From an uncultured Acidimicrobiaceae bacterium (GTDB lineage: Bacteria; Actinomycetota; Acidimicrobiia; Acidimicrobiales; Palsa-688): 64,000 bases of DNA. Shown in pieces: positions 31,807 to 40,443 of this stretch; the first letter of the stretch is position 1; every line of letters begins with the position of its first letter. Location of the stretch: assembly GCA_963807395.1 (NCBI GenBank), contig CAWEBW010000017.1, positions 13,187 through 77,186 on the forward strand. The letters are read 5' to 3'. The notes beneath the pieces are model-generated. The model searched no databases and was not told the origin of the DNA. It worked only from the letters and a program-made list of their open reading frames with translations. The position numbers and the translations under genes are program-made.

Positions 31807-32225
31807 TGCGCGAGCAGTTGCTGCTTCCGCTCCCAGAGCGCGCTCTGCCGGTCCGCTTCCTGCCGGTTCAGTGCGATGCGCCCGTCGATCTCTGCGGTGA
31901 ACTCCGCGTAATAGTCCATTGCCGCCCGGACTTGCCCGACGGAAAGCCCAAGAAGGTCAGCCACCCGTCCCTCACGCTCCTCTGGGGGCACGTCACTGCC
32001 GATCACGGCACCGACCACTTCCCAGACGTCTGGTCCGTTGAGTACCACCGCTCGTCGCCCAGTTGGGCCCTCTCTGAACATGACGAGGGGGTGGGCCTCA
32101 GTGCGCAGACCCTCATCTATAAGCCGCTCAGCAAGGGCGGATGCCGACGTGCCTCTCCTGGAGGCAGCGTCCCGGAGGCGGTCATGAACGTCGGCGCGTG
32201 TAAAACGGATCGACTGTACAGGCAC
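31803..32225 (-). CDS. RHH plus DUF433-like putative antitoxin
   Basis: The N-terminus is CopG-like (SIRFTRADVHDRLRDAASRRGTSASALAERLI). The C-terminal part resembles DUF433 (LGLSVGQVRAAMDYYAEF). Confidence 0.5.
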   Translation of the reverse strand: MPVQSIRFTRADVHDRLRDAASRRGTSASALAERLIDEGLRTEAHPLVMFREGPTGRRAVVLNGPDVWEVVGAVIGSDVPPEEREGRVADLLGLSVGQVRAAMDYYAEFTAEIDGRIALNRQEADRQSALWERKQQLLAQ

Positions 32226-32360
32226 AGCTACAGTGTAGCCGCATGTAGCGTAGAACTGTAGGCCAAACTCCCCGCATCCCCGGTCCTCGCCTCCCGCCCC
32301 CGCCGAAACCCGACCATTTCCCGAAATCGGGCGCGGCGGAACCAGTGGCTTTCTGCAGGA

Positions 32361-33125
32361 CTAGGCGGGGACCGAAGCGGGGGCGGGCGAGGAAGCCGGC
32401 CCGGGAGGGGGGGCGGAAGCCGGCGTGGGGGCCGAAGCGGATTCCTCGGCGCGGACGGTGGCGCGGGTGAACGGCAGGGTGACCATGAAGCCGATGGCCA
32501 GCGCCACCAGCACGTCGAGGTTGGCGAACGCCCAGGCGCCGGTCTCGCCGCCCAGCCCAAGCGGACGGAGCAGGTAACCCTGCCAGGTCAGCCAGCTGGC
32601 CGCGCTGTTGGTAACCAGCCCCCAGCCGATCCCCGTGGCCACGATGACCACCAGGACAGGGAGCCACCTGATCCCGCCGTAACGACCGGCCGGGGTGAAC
32701 AGCTCGGGCTCGGCGTAGTCCCGCCGCCGCAGCGCGATATCGGCCAGCATGACCCCGCACCAGGCCGCAATCGGTACGCCGAGGGTGATAAGGAACCCCT
32801 CGAACTGCCCCACGAAGTTATGGGCGAAGAAAACCACGTAGATCGTCCCGAGCGTCATCACGGTCGGCAGCAGAGTCGCCAGGGCCCCGATCGGGTCGGC
32901 GCCTATCGCCGAGCTCAGGCCGCGGACGAGCCCGCCAGTAGCAGCCCGAACACCAGGAGGAAGACGGTGCGATCGACGCGGCGAACGTGGTCCACCAGAC
33001 GACACCGGCCCCGGAAGACCGGCGCGGCAGGTAGCGCGAGTAGTCCGCGGCGACGTTGACCCAGCCCAACCCGAAGCCGGTCAGCACGAACACCAGCGCG
33101 CCGATAAGGGCGTGCTGTGGGACCT
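32361..33125 (-). pseudogene. NCS1 (purine/cytosine permease) family C-terminal fragment with internal frame shifts near 32960-33010
   Basis: GWVNVAADYSRYLP is the NCS1 hallmark, followed by TM helices. The reading frame opens only at about 33125, so the N-terminal two thirds are absent. Confidence 0.6.
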
Positions 33126-33126
33126 A

Positions 33127-33400
33127 CCCTTTTATTCGGTGGACTCGACTAGCTTCCTGTCGGGGGGCAACTGGGGCCAGCTCCACCTGTTCACCGCCCG
33201 CAACCGGGTCATCGTGGTGCCCAACCGCGACGCCCCTCGCCACGGGCGCCTGGTGCGAGAGCACGGTGGAGAGCCCGGCGCATAGCGCTGGGGCCAGGGC
33301 ACTCCGACTACCACTGGCACTACCCCCTGGCGGTCGACGCCCACGCCTTTGCCCGCACCGCCCGCCACCTCCGAGAGGGCCACGGCCCCCGTAATCCCAC
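33127..33400 (+). pseudogene. Unassigned gene fragment, possibly the tail of a TGT/DpdA-like transglycosylase
   Basis: Hand translation gives PFYSVDSTSFLSGGNWGQLHLFTARNRVIVV. The D-S-x-S-[FYW] pattern resembles the TGT-fold motif (FDSASY / SADSMAW). The context is immediately upstream of queD. Confidence 0.2.
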
Positions 33401-33507
33401 CCCAGGGCTACGCTGAGCCGAGCCTGGTCATGTACCTGGCCGAGAGTGTCAGGCCCAAGGTCCCCCGTCTGGGCCCAGGTGCTGTCCGAGAAGCCCGAAC
33501 CGTGAAC

Positions 33508-33934
33508 ATGATCACCCGCTCCTGCCAATTCGACGCCGGCCACCGGGTCCCCTCCCACGGCGGCAAGTGCGAGCACCCCCACGGCCACCGTTACAAGGTG
33601 GAGGCCGCCGTCATGGGTCCCGCTGGTGGACCACGGGCCCGAACAGGGCATGGTGGCCGACTTCGGGGTGCTCAAGGACTGCCTCTACCGGGTGACCGAC
33701 CGCCTCGACCACGCCATGCTGGTGTGGGAGCAGGACGCCGAGCTACTGGGCGCCCTGGCCGGCCACGACTGGCGGGTGGTGACCCTCCCGGTCGTACCCA
33801 CGGCCGAGGGCCTGGCCCAGGTCCTGTTCGAGAGCCTGGCCCTGGTGGTGGCCCAGCGCTGCGACGACCGGGTGGAGCTCCAGCGGGTGACGGTGTGGGA
33901 GACGCCCAACACGTCGGCCACCTCCGTGCCGTGA
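33508..33934 (+). CDS. queD: 6-carboxy-5,6,7,8-tetrahydropterin synthase with an apparent frameshift near 33615
   Basis: MITRSCQFDAGHRVPSHGGKCEHPHGHRYKVEAAV (Zn/His motifs) is followed in another frame by GMVADFGVLKDCL...LDHAML...VTVWETP. Confidence 0.75.
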
Positions 33935-34632
33935 AGATCTCCGAAATCTTTGGCCCCACCTTCCAAGGTGAAGGCCCCTCCACCGGCCGGCGGGCCGGCT
34001 TTGTCCGCTTCGGGCGGTGCGACCTGGCCTGCTCGTGGTGCGACACCCCCTACACCTGGGACTGGACGGGGCAAAACGGCACCGCCTACGACCCGGCCGA
34101 GGAGCTGGGCGAGATGTCGCTGTACCAGGTGTGCGAGGCGGTGGAAGTCATGGGCGTCGACTTCGTCGTCATCACCGGGGGAGAGCCCTTCGTGCAGCGC
34201 CGGGCGCTAACCGAGCTGGCCACCGAGCTGGCCTCCAATGGGTACGCCATAGAGGTAGAGACCAACGGGCGCCACGCCCCTACTCCCGCCCTCGCCGAAG
34301 CCGTCAGTGCCTTCAACGTGTCGCCCAAGCTCCCCAACAGCGGCCAGTCCCTCACCCTCACCTGGCGGTCCCCGGCGCTCAAGGCCTTCGTGGCCACCAA
34401 CAAGGCCCGCTTCAAGTTCGTGTGCCAGGATGCCGCCGACGTGGGGCTGGTGGCCCACCTCGCCGCCGGCGAGGACATCGCCCCCGCCGATATATGGGTC
34501 ATGCCCGAGGGGCGGACCACCGAGGAGGTCTAGGGCCACCTCGTCGACGTGGCCGAGGCCGCCCTGGCCTTCGGTTTCAACCTGACGGGGAGGATGCACG
34601 TTGATATCTGGGCTGGGGCACGAGCGCGCTGA
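33931..34632 (+). CDS. queE: 7-carboxy-7-deazaguanine synthase (radical SAM) with an in-frame TAG at 34531-34533
   Basis: VKISEIFGPTFQGEGPSTGRRAGFVRFGRCDLACSWCDTPYTW is the QueE Cx14CxxC-type cluster. After the TAG the same frame continues GHLVDVAEAALAFGFNLTGRMHVDIWAGARAR*, a typical QueE C-terminus. The GTGA start overlaps the queD stop. Confidence 0.8.
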
Positions 34633-35020
34633 CGGCAAGGTGGGCGAAGCTGCCATCGCTACCGTGCTGGTACTGGTGGGGGAGGACCCCGGCCGCCCCG
34701 AGCTGGTGGACACCCCCCGCCGGGCGGTGGCCTACGTGGCCGAGCTGACCGCTGGCTATCGCGACGACACCGGCCCGCGGTACCTGACGGTGGCGTTCGA
34801 AGAGGACTACGACGAAATGGCGGTGCTCTCGGGGTCCGTCTCACCTCGTTGTGTGAGCACCACTTGTTGCCCTTCACCGGCACCGCCATCGTGGGTTATG
34901 TGCCTGACCGCAAGGTCGTCGGGGTGTCCAAGCTGGTCCGGGTGGTGGAGGCGTGCGCCAGGCGGCTCCAGCTCCAGGAACGCTTGACCCGCCGGGTGGC
35001 CGAGGGACATCACCGCCCAC
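34601..35020 (+). pseudogene. folE: GTP cyclohydrolase I, 3'-truncated, with a frameshift near 34830
   Basis: Motifs [15 protein letters not shown] and [46 protein letters not shown]. Similarity stops after RRVAEG, so the last 50 aa or so (the H.CM.MRGV region) are missing. Confidence 0.7.
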
Positions 35021-35469
35021 CTCGAGGGCCTCCGCGATGCGGAAAAGGACGGGGGATATGCTGTCGATGACGTCGACAACGTTGGCCAACTCGTACTTGT
35101 TGTCGAGGACGTTCGGGGCTCCGCAGAGCGCCGTTTAGGGCCTTGGTGACGGGGCTTTCTGCAGTCATGTCTTCTACTTTTCTCTTTGCTTGCGGCTCCC
35201 GGTCCAGCGCTCCAGCCACGGCGGTGGGGTCTCGCCGTTGGGGAACGTATGGAGAGTGCGGGCCAGGAACGCCCGCATAGCCGGCTCCAGGGCGTGTCCA
35301 CCCAGAAGGGCCCATAGCTCTGGTGCCAGTGGGGCCAGACCTCGGAGAGGCGGCCCGCGGCCCCCGTAGTGCGGGTGGTTCCGAAGCACATGGACCTCGA
35401 CGGACGAGAGCACAGCAGGACGACGCTAGGACCAGGGTTTCGCCCGAGTGCCGGTGGCGTCCAACCCGT

Positions 35470-36913
35470 GGTGTAAATGACAAGGACGTAGGCTCTCTCT
35501 CAGCAACCTGACCAGTTGAGAGGAAGGAACCTACGTCCCTATGTCCAAAAGAGTAACCCCCAACGACCGCCTCCGTGCTGAGATAGACGAAGTCTTCGCT
35601 GCCAGCGGTGACCTGTCCGGGGCCATCGAGCAGGTAGCCCGGCTTGGTGCCCGCCTGCTGCTGCAAAGCGCCCTGGAAGCCGAGGTGACCGAGTTCCTTG
35701 GCCGGGAGCGCTACGCCAAGGCCGCCCTCACCCCGGAGGCCAACGACGGGATGCGCAACGGCTACAGCCCGGTCACGGTCAAGACCACGGCCGGACCGGT
35801 CACCCTGCAACGGCCAAAACTGCGTGGCACGACTGAAAAGTTCGCTTCCAGGCTGTTCGGCGAAGGGCTGACTAGGACCAACGCCCTCGAGTCCCTGGTC
35901 ATCGCCGGCTTCGTGCGCGGCCTGTCCGTACGCGACGTCGAGGCGACCCTTTCCGACGCCCTCGGGCCCGAAGCCGCCCTGTCCAAGTCCACGGTCAGCC
36001 GGGTCTGCCAGGCAATAAAGGAAGACTACGACGCCTGGGCCAGGCGCTCCTTGGCCGACGTCGAGCTCGACTACTTGTTCCTGGACGGCTCGCACTTCAA
36101 GTACCACCATGGGGCCAAGGCCGAGCCGCTGCTCGCGGCCTGGGGCATCACCACCGAGGCCAAGCCCGCCTTTGTAGGCCTCGACCCCGCCGCCAACGAG
36201 GGCAACGACGCCTGGGACGGCTTCTTGGAGGGCCTGAAAGCCCGCGGCCTGAAGAGCCCGCTCCTGGTCATCTCCGACGGTGCGGCCGGGCTCGTCGGCG
36301 CCATAGAGAGGGCGTTCCCCCAGGCGCTCAGGCAACGCTGCCTCGTCCACCGCTGCCGCAACGTACTGGCCAAGGTGCCCAAGCACGCCCAGGCCGAGCT
36401 GAAAGCAGCCTACTGGGCGCTTTTCGACCTGGCCGAGGACGTGGCCCCCGGGCAGGCAGCAGTCGGGCTCGTCCAGGCCCGCATCGACAACTTCGCCACG
36501 AAGTACCAAGCGCTCTTCCCGAGCGCCGTCGCCTGCTTGCTCGACGACCGGGCCGCGCTCACCTCTTACCTGCGCTTCCCCCGCGAGCACTGGCACCGGG
36601 TCCGGCACTCCAATTTCATTGAACGAACTTTTGGCGAAACGCGTAGGAGGGTAAAGGTGATCGGCCGCCTCCCAGGCGAAGCGAGCTGCACCAAGCTGGT
36701 ATGGGCGGTGCTCGACCGCGCCAGCCGCTCCTGGAGGGGCTTCAACCTCACCTCCGCCGGCCTCCGCCTGCTCCAAGACCTACGCCGGCAGCTCCTGTTA
36801 CCACCAACTCCATTACGAAAACCGCCCAGTTCCCAAGGCGTGACCGAAACGGTCACTGCTGTCGCCTAAAATAAGCAGTGAAGAGAGCAGCCCTACGTCC
36901 GAGCATTTACACC
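35470..36913 (+). mobile_element. IS256-family insertion sequence
   Basis: The terminal inverted repeats are GGTGTAAATGACAAGGACGTAGG (35470-35492) and the reverse complement of 36892-36913, GGTGTAAATGCTCGGACGTAGG. The flanks show no 8-9 bp target duplication. Confidence 0.85.
35541..36869 (+). CDS. IS256 family transposase
   Basis: A 442-aa ORF with typical IS256 (mutator-type) blocks: EAEVTEFLGRERY, YLFLDGSHFK, LVISDGAAGL, QRCLVHRCRNVL and SNFIERTFGETRRR. Confidence 0.9.
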   Translation: MSKRVTPNDRLRAEIDEVFAASGDLSGAIEQVARLGARLLLQSALEAEVTEFLGRERYAKAALTPEANDGMRNGYSPVTVKTTAGPVTLQRPKLRGTTEKFASRLFGEGLTRTNALESLVIAGFVRGLSVRDVEATLSDALGPEAALSKSTVSRVCQAIKEDYDAWARRSLADVELDYLFLDGSHFKYHHGAKAEPLLAAWGITTEAKPAFVGLDPAANEGNDAWDGFLEGLKARGLKSPLLVISDGAAGLVGAIERAFPQALRQRCLVHRCRNVLAKVPKHAQAELKAAYWALFDLAEDVAPGQAAVGLVQARIDNFATKYQALFPSAVACLLDDRAALTSYLRFPREHWHRVRHSNFIERTFGETRRRVKVIGRLPGEASCTKLVWAVLDRASRSWRGFNLTSAGLRLLQDLRRQLLLPPTPLRKPPSSQGVTETVTAVA

Positions 36914-36925
36914 GGGAATGGGACG

Positions 36926-37123
36926 CTACCCGAGTGCCAGCAGTTCGCCAAAGTCAGTATCCGCCGAGATGAGAACTCGGTCGCTCTCGGCAGCAGCGAG
37001 CATCACCTCGGTGTCAACGGCGCCAAGCAGCCCTAGGTCGGCAACGTGCACTGCGTCGTGGCCGCCTGCCTCTAACGATCTGGCGACCGTCATCGATAGT
37101 GACTCGTCGATAAGCAGCTTCAA
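36926..37123 (-). pseudogene. PIN-like (DUF5615-like) toxin gene, 3'-truncated next to the IS256 end
   Basis: MKLLIDESLSMTVARSLEAGGHDAVHV...ISADTDFGELLALG* parallels the 118-aa protein at 31450..31806 but is only 65 aa long. The IS right repeat starts 13 bp beyond the stop. Confidence 0.55.
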
Positions 37124-37345
37124 ACGGTGGCTTGGAGTGTCAGTTCACGCTCGTCGACAGCGGCGGCCGCATACCGCAGCGCCTCTTATGTCTTCGGCGG
37201 TCAATTGGAGGAACTCAGCGAGGATGTCCCCGGTGCTCATGCCGTCGGCCACCATGCCCACAACCGTCATGACAGGAATCCTGGTGCTGCGGATGCAGGG
37301 GGTTCCCGCCACGATCTCGTGATCGACGCTCACACGCTGGAACAC
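37120..37345 (-). pseudogene. DUF433-like antitoxin gene with an apparent frameshift near 37195
   Basis: VSVDHEIVAGTPCIRSTRIPVMTVVGMVADGMSTGDILAEFLQLTAEDI is a DUF433 core. The tail (ALRYAAAAVDERELTLQATV*) is in another frame. Its stop overlaps the TTG start of the toxin. Confidence 0.45.
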
Positions 37346-37558
37346 GGTTGCATTGTGCCTGTGAGCGAATCGTCGACCGTCATGCAAGGTAGCGGTTGAT
37401 GCAGGGAGTAGCTTGGGCCAAGGTCGCAAGGTTCCGCAACCGGGTGGTCCATGGGTAGCAGGGCAATCAGGACAAGAAGGGTGTTCAGAGCCTTCAGTCA
37501 AGACCGCAGCGCGGGCAACACAAGGGTCTCGAGTTGGCATTTGGGCGTCAGATAGGCC

Positions 37559-39964
37559 ATGGCCTTGCATCGCCCCGACGGCAGCAAAGAGGATAATCGC
37601 CTGGCTTCGATGGAGGCTGAGCTGGTTGCCCTGAGGGCAGAGAATGCTCGCCTTAGCAATCTGCTGGGGCTAGATGCTCGCCGCCCTCAGCCGCCGGAGC
37701 CATGGAAGCCAACGTTGTTCTCCTCCACGACCTCCTCGCCGCAACCAATCCTGCATGTAGACGGACAATCGTCGACGACAGATAAGGTCGCCGTATTCCG
37801 GTCGCTATTCGCCGGAAGAGATGACGTCTACGCAGTTCGCTGGGAAAATGGGCGGACTGGGAAGTCAGGGTGGAGCCCAGCCGTCCGCGGGGGTTGGCCA
37901 AATAGCCACCGGGCTGACCGGGAGCACCTCCCCTACACGGAAGAAGTCGTCAACCGTCACCTGGAGGGCGATTTTCACGCTGGCATCTATCCGCTTCTGC
38001 GCGGAGACACCTGCCGGCTGTTGGCATGTGATTTCGACGGGCCAGGCTGGGTCCTCGACGCTCTCTCCTATCTGGACGCCGCGCACGCGGGCGGGATCCC
38101 GGCGGCGTTAGAAAGGTCGCGCTCCGCCGACGGCGGGCATGTGTGGGTGTTCTTCGAGGGGCCTGTCGCTGCGGCTGCCGCTCGGCGTATCGGTGTCCAC
38201 CTGCTGCGGGAGGCGGTGACAGTGCGAGCGGAGCTGGACTTAGTCAGCTACGACCGGCTCTTCCCGGCCCAGGACTTCATGCCCAAAGGCTCCTTCGGCA
38301 ACCTCATCGCCCTTCCTCTTCAGGGCCGGTGCCGCCAACGTGGCGCGACTGTGTTCCTCGACCCAGCTGACCTCAAGCCCTACGAGGACCAGTGGGCCTT
38401 CCTGTCGAGCCTCCAACGTCTCGCTCCTCAAGCTGCTCAAGAACTGGCTGACGGGCTCGGGGAGCTGGCCGCCGGGCCGGACGCTGCGACTTTTCGGCGC
38501 GCTACCGACAGATCAGCTGCGCCCGCGCCACCGGCCAGGGTCGTCGCTCGGGCCGGCGCGATGTTAGTGGTCGACCGGATCGGGATGCCGCCAGCAATGC
38601 TGGCCGCGCTCAAGCACCTCGCGTCGCTGCACAACTCGGATTTTCACGAGAAGGAGAAGTTGCGGTTCTCGACGTGGAACACGCCACACTTCATCCGGTG
38701 CTACTGGGAGACCGTCGGGCAACTCCTCCTTCCGCGTGGTTTACGAGAAAAAGCAGAGAAGATCGTTGCCGAGGGCGGGAGCGAACTGGTCGTGGTCGAC
38801 GACCGTGGGGACGATGGCACCATCGACGTGTCACTACGGGCAAAGCTGACGCCAGCTCAAGCGGCGGCCGCAGACGTAGTGACGAGGCACGTTCTCGGGA
38901 CGCTGGTCGCTCCGCCCGGGTCGGGCAAAACCGTGATCGGCTGCGCCCTTATTGCCCACCATCGAGTGCCCTCGCTAGTTCTGGTCGACCGAGAACCACT
39001 CGTCGAGCAGTGGCGGGACCGGCTCGTCACCCACCTCAACCTGGAGCCCAAGCAGGTTGGGCGGCTCGGCGGGGGCCGAAACAAACAGACCGGGATCGTG
39101 GACGTGGCCATGGTCCAGGGCCTCGCCCGACGAGAGGACATCGCGGGGGTTACCTCACGTTACGGACTGGTAGTCGTCGACGAATGCCACCACGTACCTG
39201 CCGTGACTTTCGAACGGGCAGTACGACAGATCCCTGCGAGGCGCTGGCTGGGGCTCACTGCTACGCCGTACCGCCGGGACGGGTTACAGGCCCTAATGTC
39301 TATGCATTGCGGCCCAGTTCGCCACACTATGCCCGCGCCTGTTGGCTCTGCCCTTAGATCACTGGCTCTGATCGTGCACGAAACCGACCATTTAGCCGAC
39401 GAGGACGGGCAACACATTCAAGCGACGTACCGAGGCTTGGTTGAAGATGGCAGGCGGACTGCTGCGATTTGCGCCGACGTCGCCGTGGCGGTGGCCGCGG
39501 GCCGGAACTGCCTGGTGCTAACCCGGTGGAAGGAGCACCTCGACTCGATTAGCGAGATCCTGAGGGCTCGTGGGGTTGAAATCTTAGTGATGCACGGGCA
39601 GATGGGTAAGAAGGCTCGAGCCGCGGTTATGGGCCACCTCGGGACGGCACTCGAGGGGGCTGCCGGCCTGGTCCTCGGTGCTACCGCCAGCCTGATCGGC
39701 GAGGGCTTCGACTGCCCGCCGCTCGACACGCTGTTCCTCGCCTTCCCGATCAGGTTCAAGGGGAACGTCGTCCAGTACGTCGGGCGAGTTCTCCGGCCTA
39801 CCGAACACAAGACCCGCATTGAGGTCCACGACTATGTCGATGTCCACGTGCCAGTGCTGGCCCGCATGCACGACGAGCGACCCCCGTGCCTACGCGAGCC
39901 TCGGCTTCGACGTCCCAAGGTCTTCGCTGGGCCGTGCTCGGTCTCAGCGGATCGGAAGAATTGA
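37559..39964 (+). CDS. Archaeo-eukaryotic primase (PrimPol)-like domain fused to an SF2 (DEAD/DEAH-type) helicase
   Basis: AEP-like blocks are VYAVRWENGRTGKSGWSP, LLACDFDG, GGHVWVFF and GNLIALPLQG. The helicase motifs are APPGSGKT (I), VVDECHH (II), LTATP (III) and QYVGRVLR (VI). The ORF is an uninterrupted 801 aa. Confidence 0.8.
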   Translation: MALHRPDGSKEDNRLASMEAELVALRAENARLSNLLGLDARRPQPPEPWKPTLFSSTTSSPQPILHVDGQSSTTDKVAVFRSLFAGRDDVYAVRWENGRTGKSGWSPAVRGGWPNSHRADREHLPYTEEVVNRHLEGDFHAGIYPLLRGDTCRLLACDFDGPGWVLDALSYLDAAHAGGIPAALERSRSADGGHVWVFFEGPVAAAAARRIGVHLLREAVTVRAELDLVSYDRLFPAQDFMPKGSFGNLIALPLQGRCRQRGATVFLDPADLKPYEDQWAFLSSLQRLAPQAAQELADGLGELAAGPDAATFRRATDRSAAPAPPARVVARAGAMLVVDRIGMPPAMLAALKHLASLHNSDFHEKEKLRFSTWNTPHFIRCYWETVGQLLLPRGLREKAEKIVAEGGSELVVVDDRGDDGTIDVSLRAKLTPAQAAAADVVTRHVLGTLVAPPGSGKTVIGCALIAHHRVPSLVLVDREPLVEQWRDRLVTHLNLEPKQVGRLGGGRNKQTGIVDVAMVQGLARREDIAGVTSRYGLVVVDECHHVPAVTFERAVRQIPARRWLGLTATPYRRDGLQALMSMHCGPVRHTMPAPVGSALRSLALIVHETDHLADEDGQHIQATYRGLVEDGRRTAAICADVAVAVAAGRNCLVLTRWKEHLDSISEILRARGVEILVMHGQMGKKARAAVMGHLGTALEGAAGLVLGATASLIGEGFDCPPLDTLFLAFPIRFKGNVVQYVGRVLRPTEHKTRIEVHDYVDVHVPVLARMHDERPPCLREPRLRRPKVFAGPCSVSADRKN

Positions 39965-40001
39965 GACCTCGAGCATCTGAATCGCGCCTAACAGGTTGGT
40001 G

Positions 40002-40037
40002 GTCGCATCGAGTGTCTGATCGTCGCAGCGTGTCGCA
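40002..40037 (+). repeat. GTCGCA motifs phased at 10 bp (right end of segment II)
   Basis: GTCGCA occurs at 40002, 40022 and 40032, with a degenerate GTGTCT at 40012. The 17-mer is identical to 31212-31228. Confidence 0.8.
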
Positions 40038-40166
40038 TGGTGCAGCACGGCGGGAAGACTCACGAGAGCGTCGGTTGAGACCAAGCCCAACTAGGAGCCC
40101 AACAACGTGCCACGCACCTGACGGGCTATCTGCGCCACGAAAACGTCCTCTGACCTGCCTTTATCA

Positions 40167-40210
40167 GCGCGCTCGAAGGGATTCGAACCCCCGACCTTCT
40201 GATCCGTAGT
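40167..40210 (-). repeat. tRNA-Arg(ACG) 3'-half fragment, copy C (att-like)
   Basis: The same 44-nt core with one mismatch (cccccGacc). About 90 nt to its right are homologous to the right flank of copy A. Confidence 0.7.
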
Positions 40211-40443
40211 TATTTTGCTCGGTGCGCTGTGCAAACCGGCTGGCAGGCTGGTCGTTGACGAGCGACAGGCGTCCAATTAGATGGTGTGAGACTGGTCTTG
40301 TTGCGCCCGTCGGCAACCAACGCTCGGTCATCAAGCGCCCGAGCTGCAGGTTGCACTAGTAACGAGACTGCGCGTCCGCTACGAACGCTGCGCCGACGTC
40401 CACGAAGTTTCCGCAAATCGCTGAGCCACTCACGCACTCGGCT

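Noticed and set aside
33349-34533. A single 394-aa protein spanning 33349..34533
   Set aside because: Only its first 90 aa or so (queD N-terminus) and its last 200 aa (queE) are meaningful. The Gly/Arg/Pro-rich middle is queD read out of frame. The correct queD C-terminus is in ORF 33626..33934.
35025-35470. Minus-strand small ORFs between folE' and the IS256 end (MTAESPVTKAL... / ...[26 protein letters not shown] and 35174..35413)
   Set aside because: The plausible-looking pieces lie in different frames and partly overlap the antisense of folE. I recognise no family, so the interval is left unannotated as probable rearrangement debris.
35010-36776. 588-aa minus-strand ORF, the longest in this part of the window
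   Set aside because: It is antisense to the well-supported IS256 transposase and has low-complexity Gly/Ala/Arg/Pro-rich composition, as expected for spurious ORFs in GC-rich DNA. The same applies to 46491..47300, 47529..48161, 56146..57039, 61096..61629 and many other overlapping listed ORFs.
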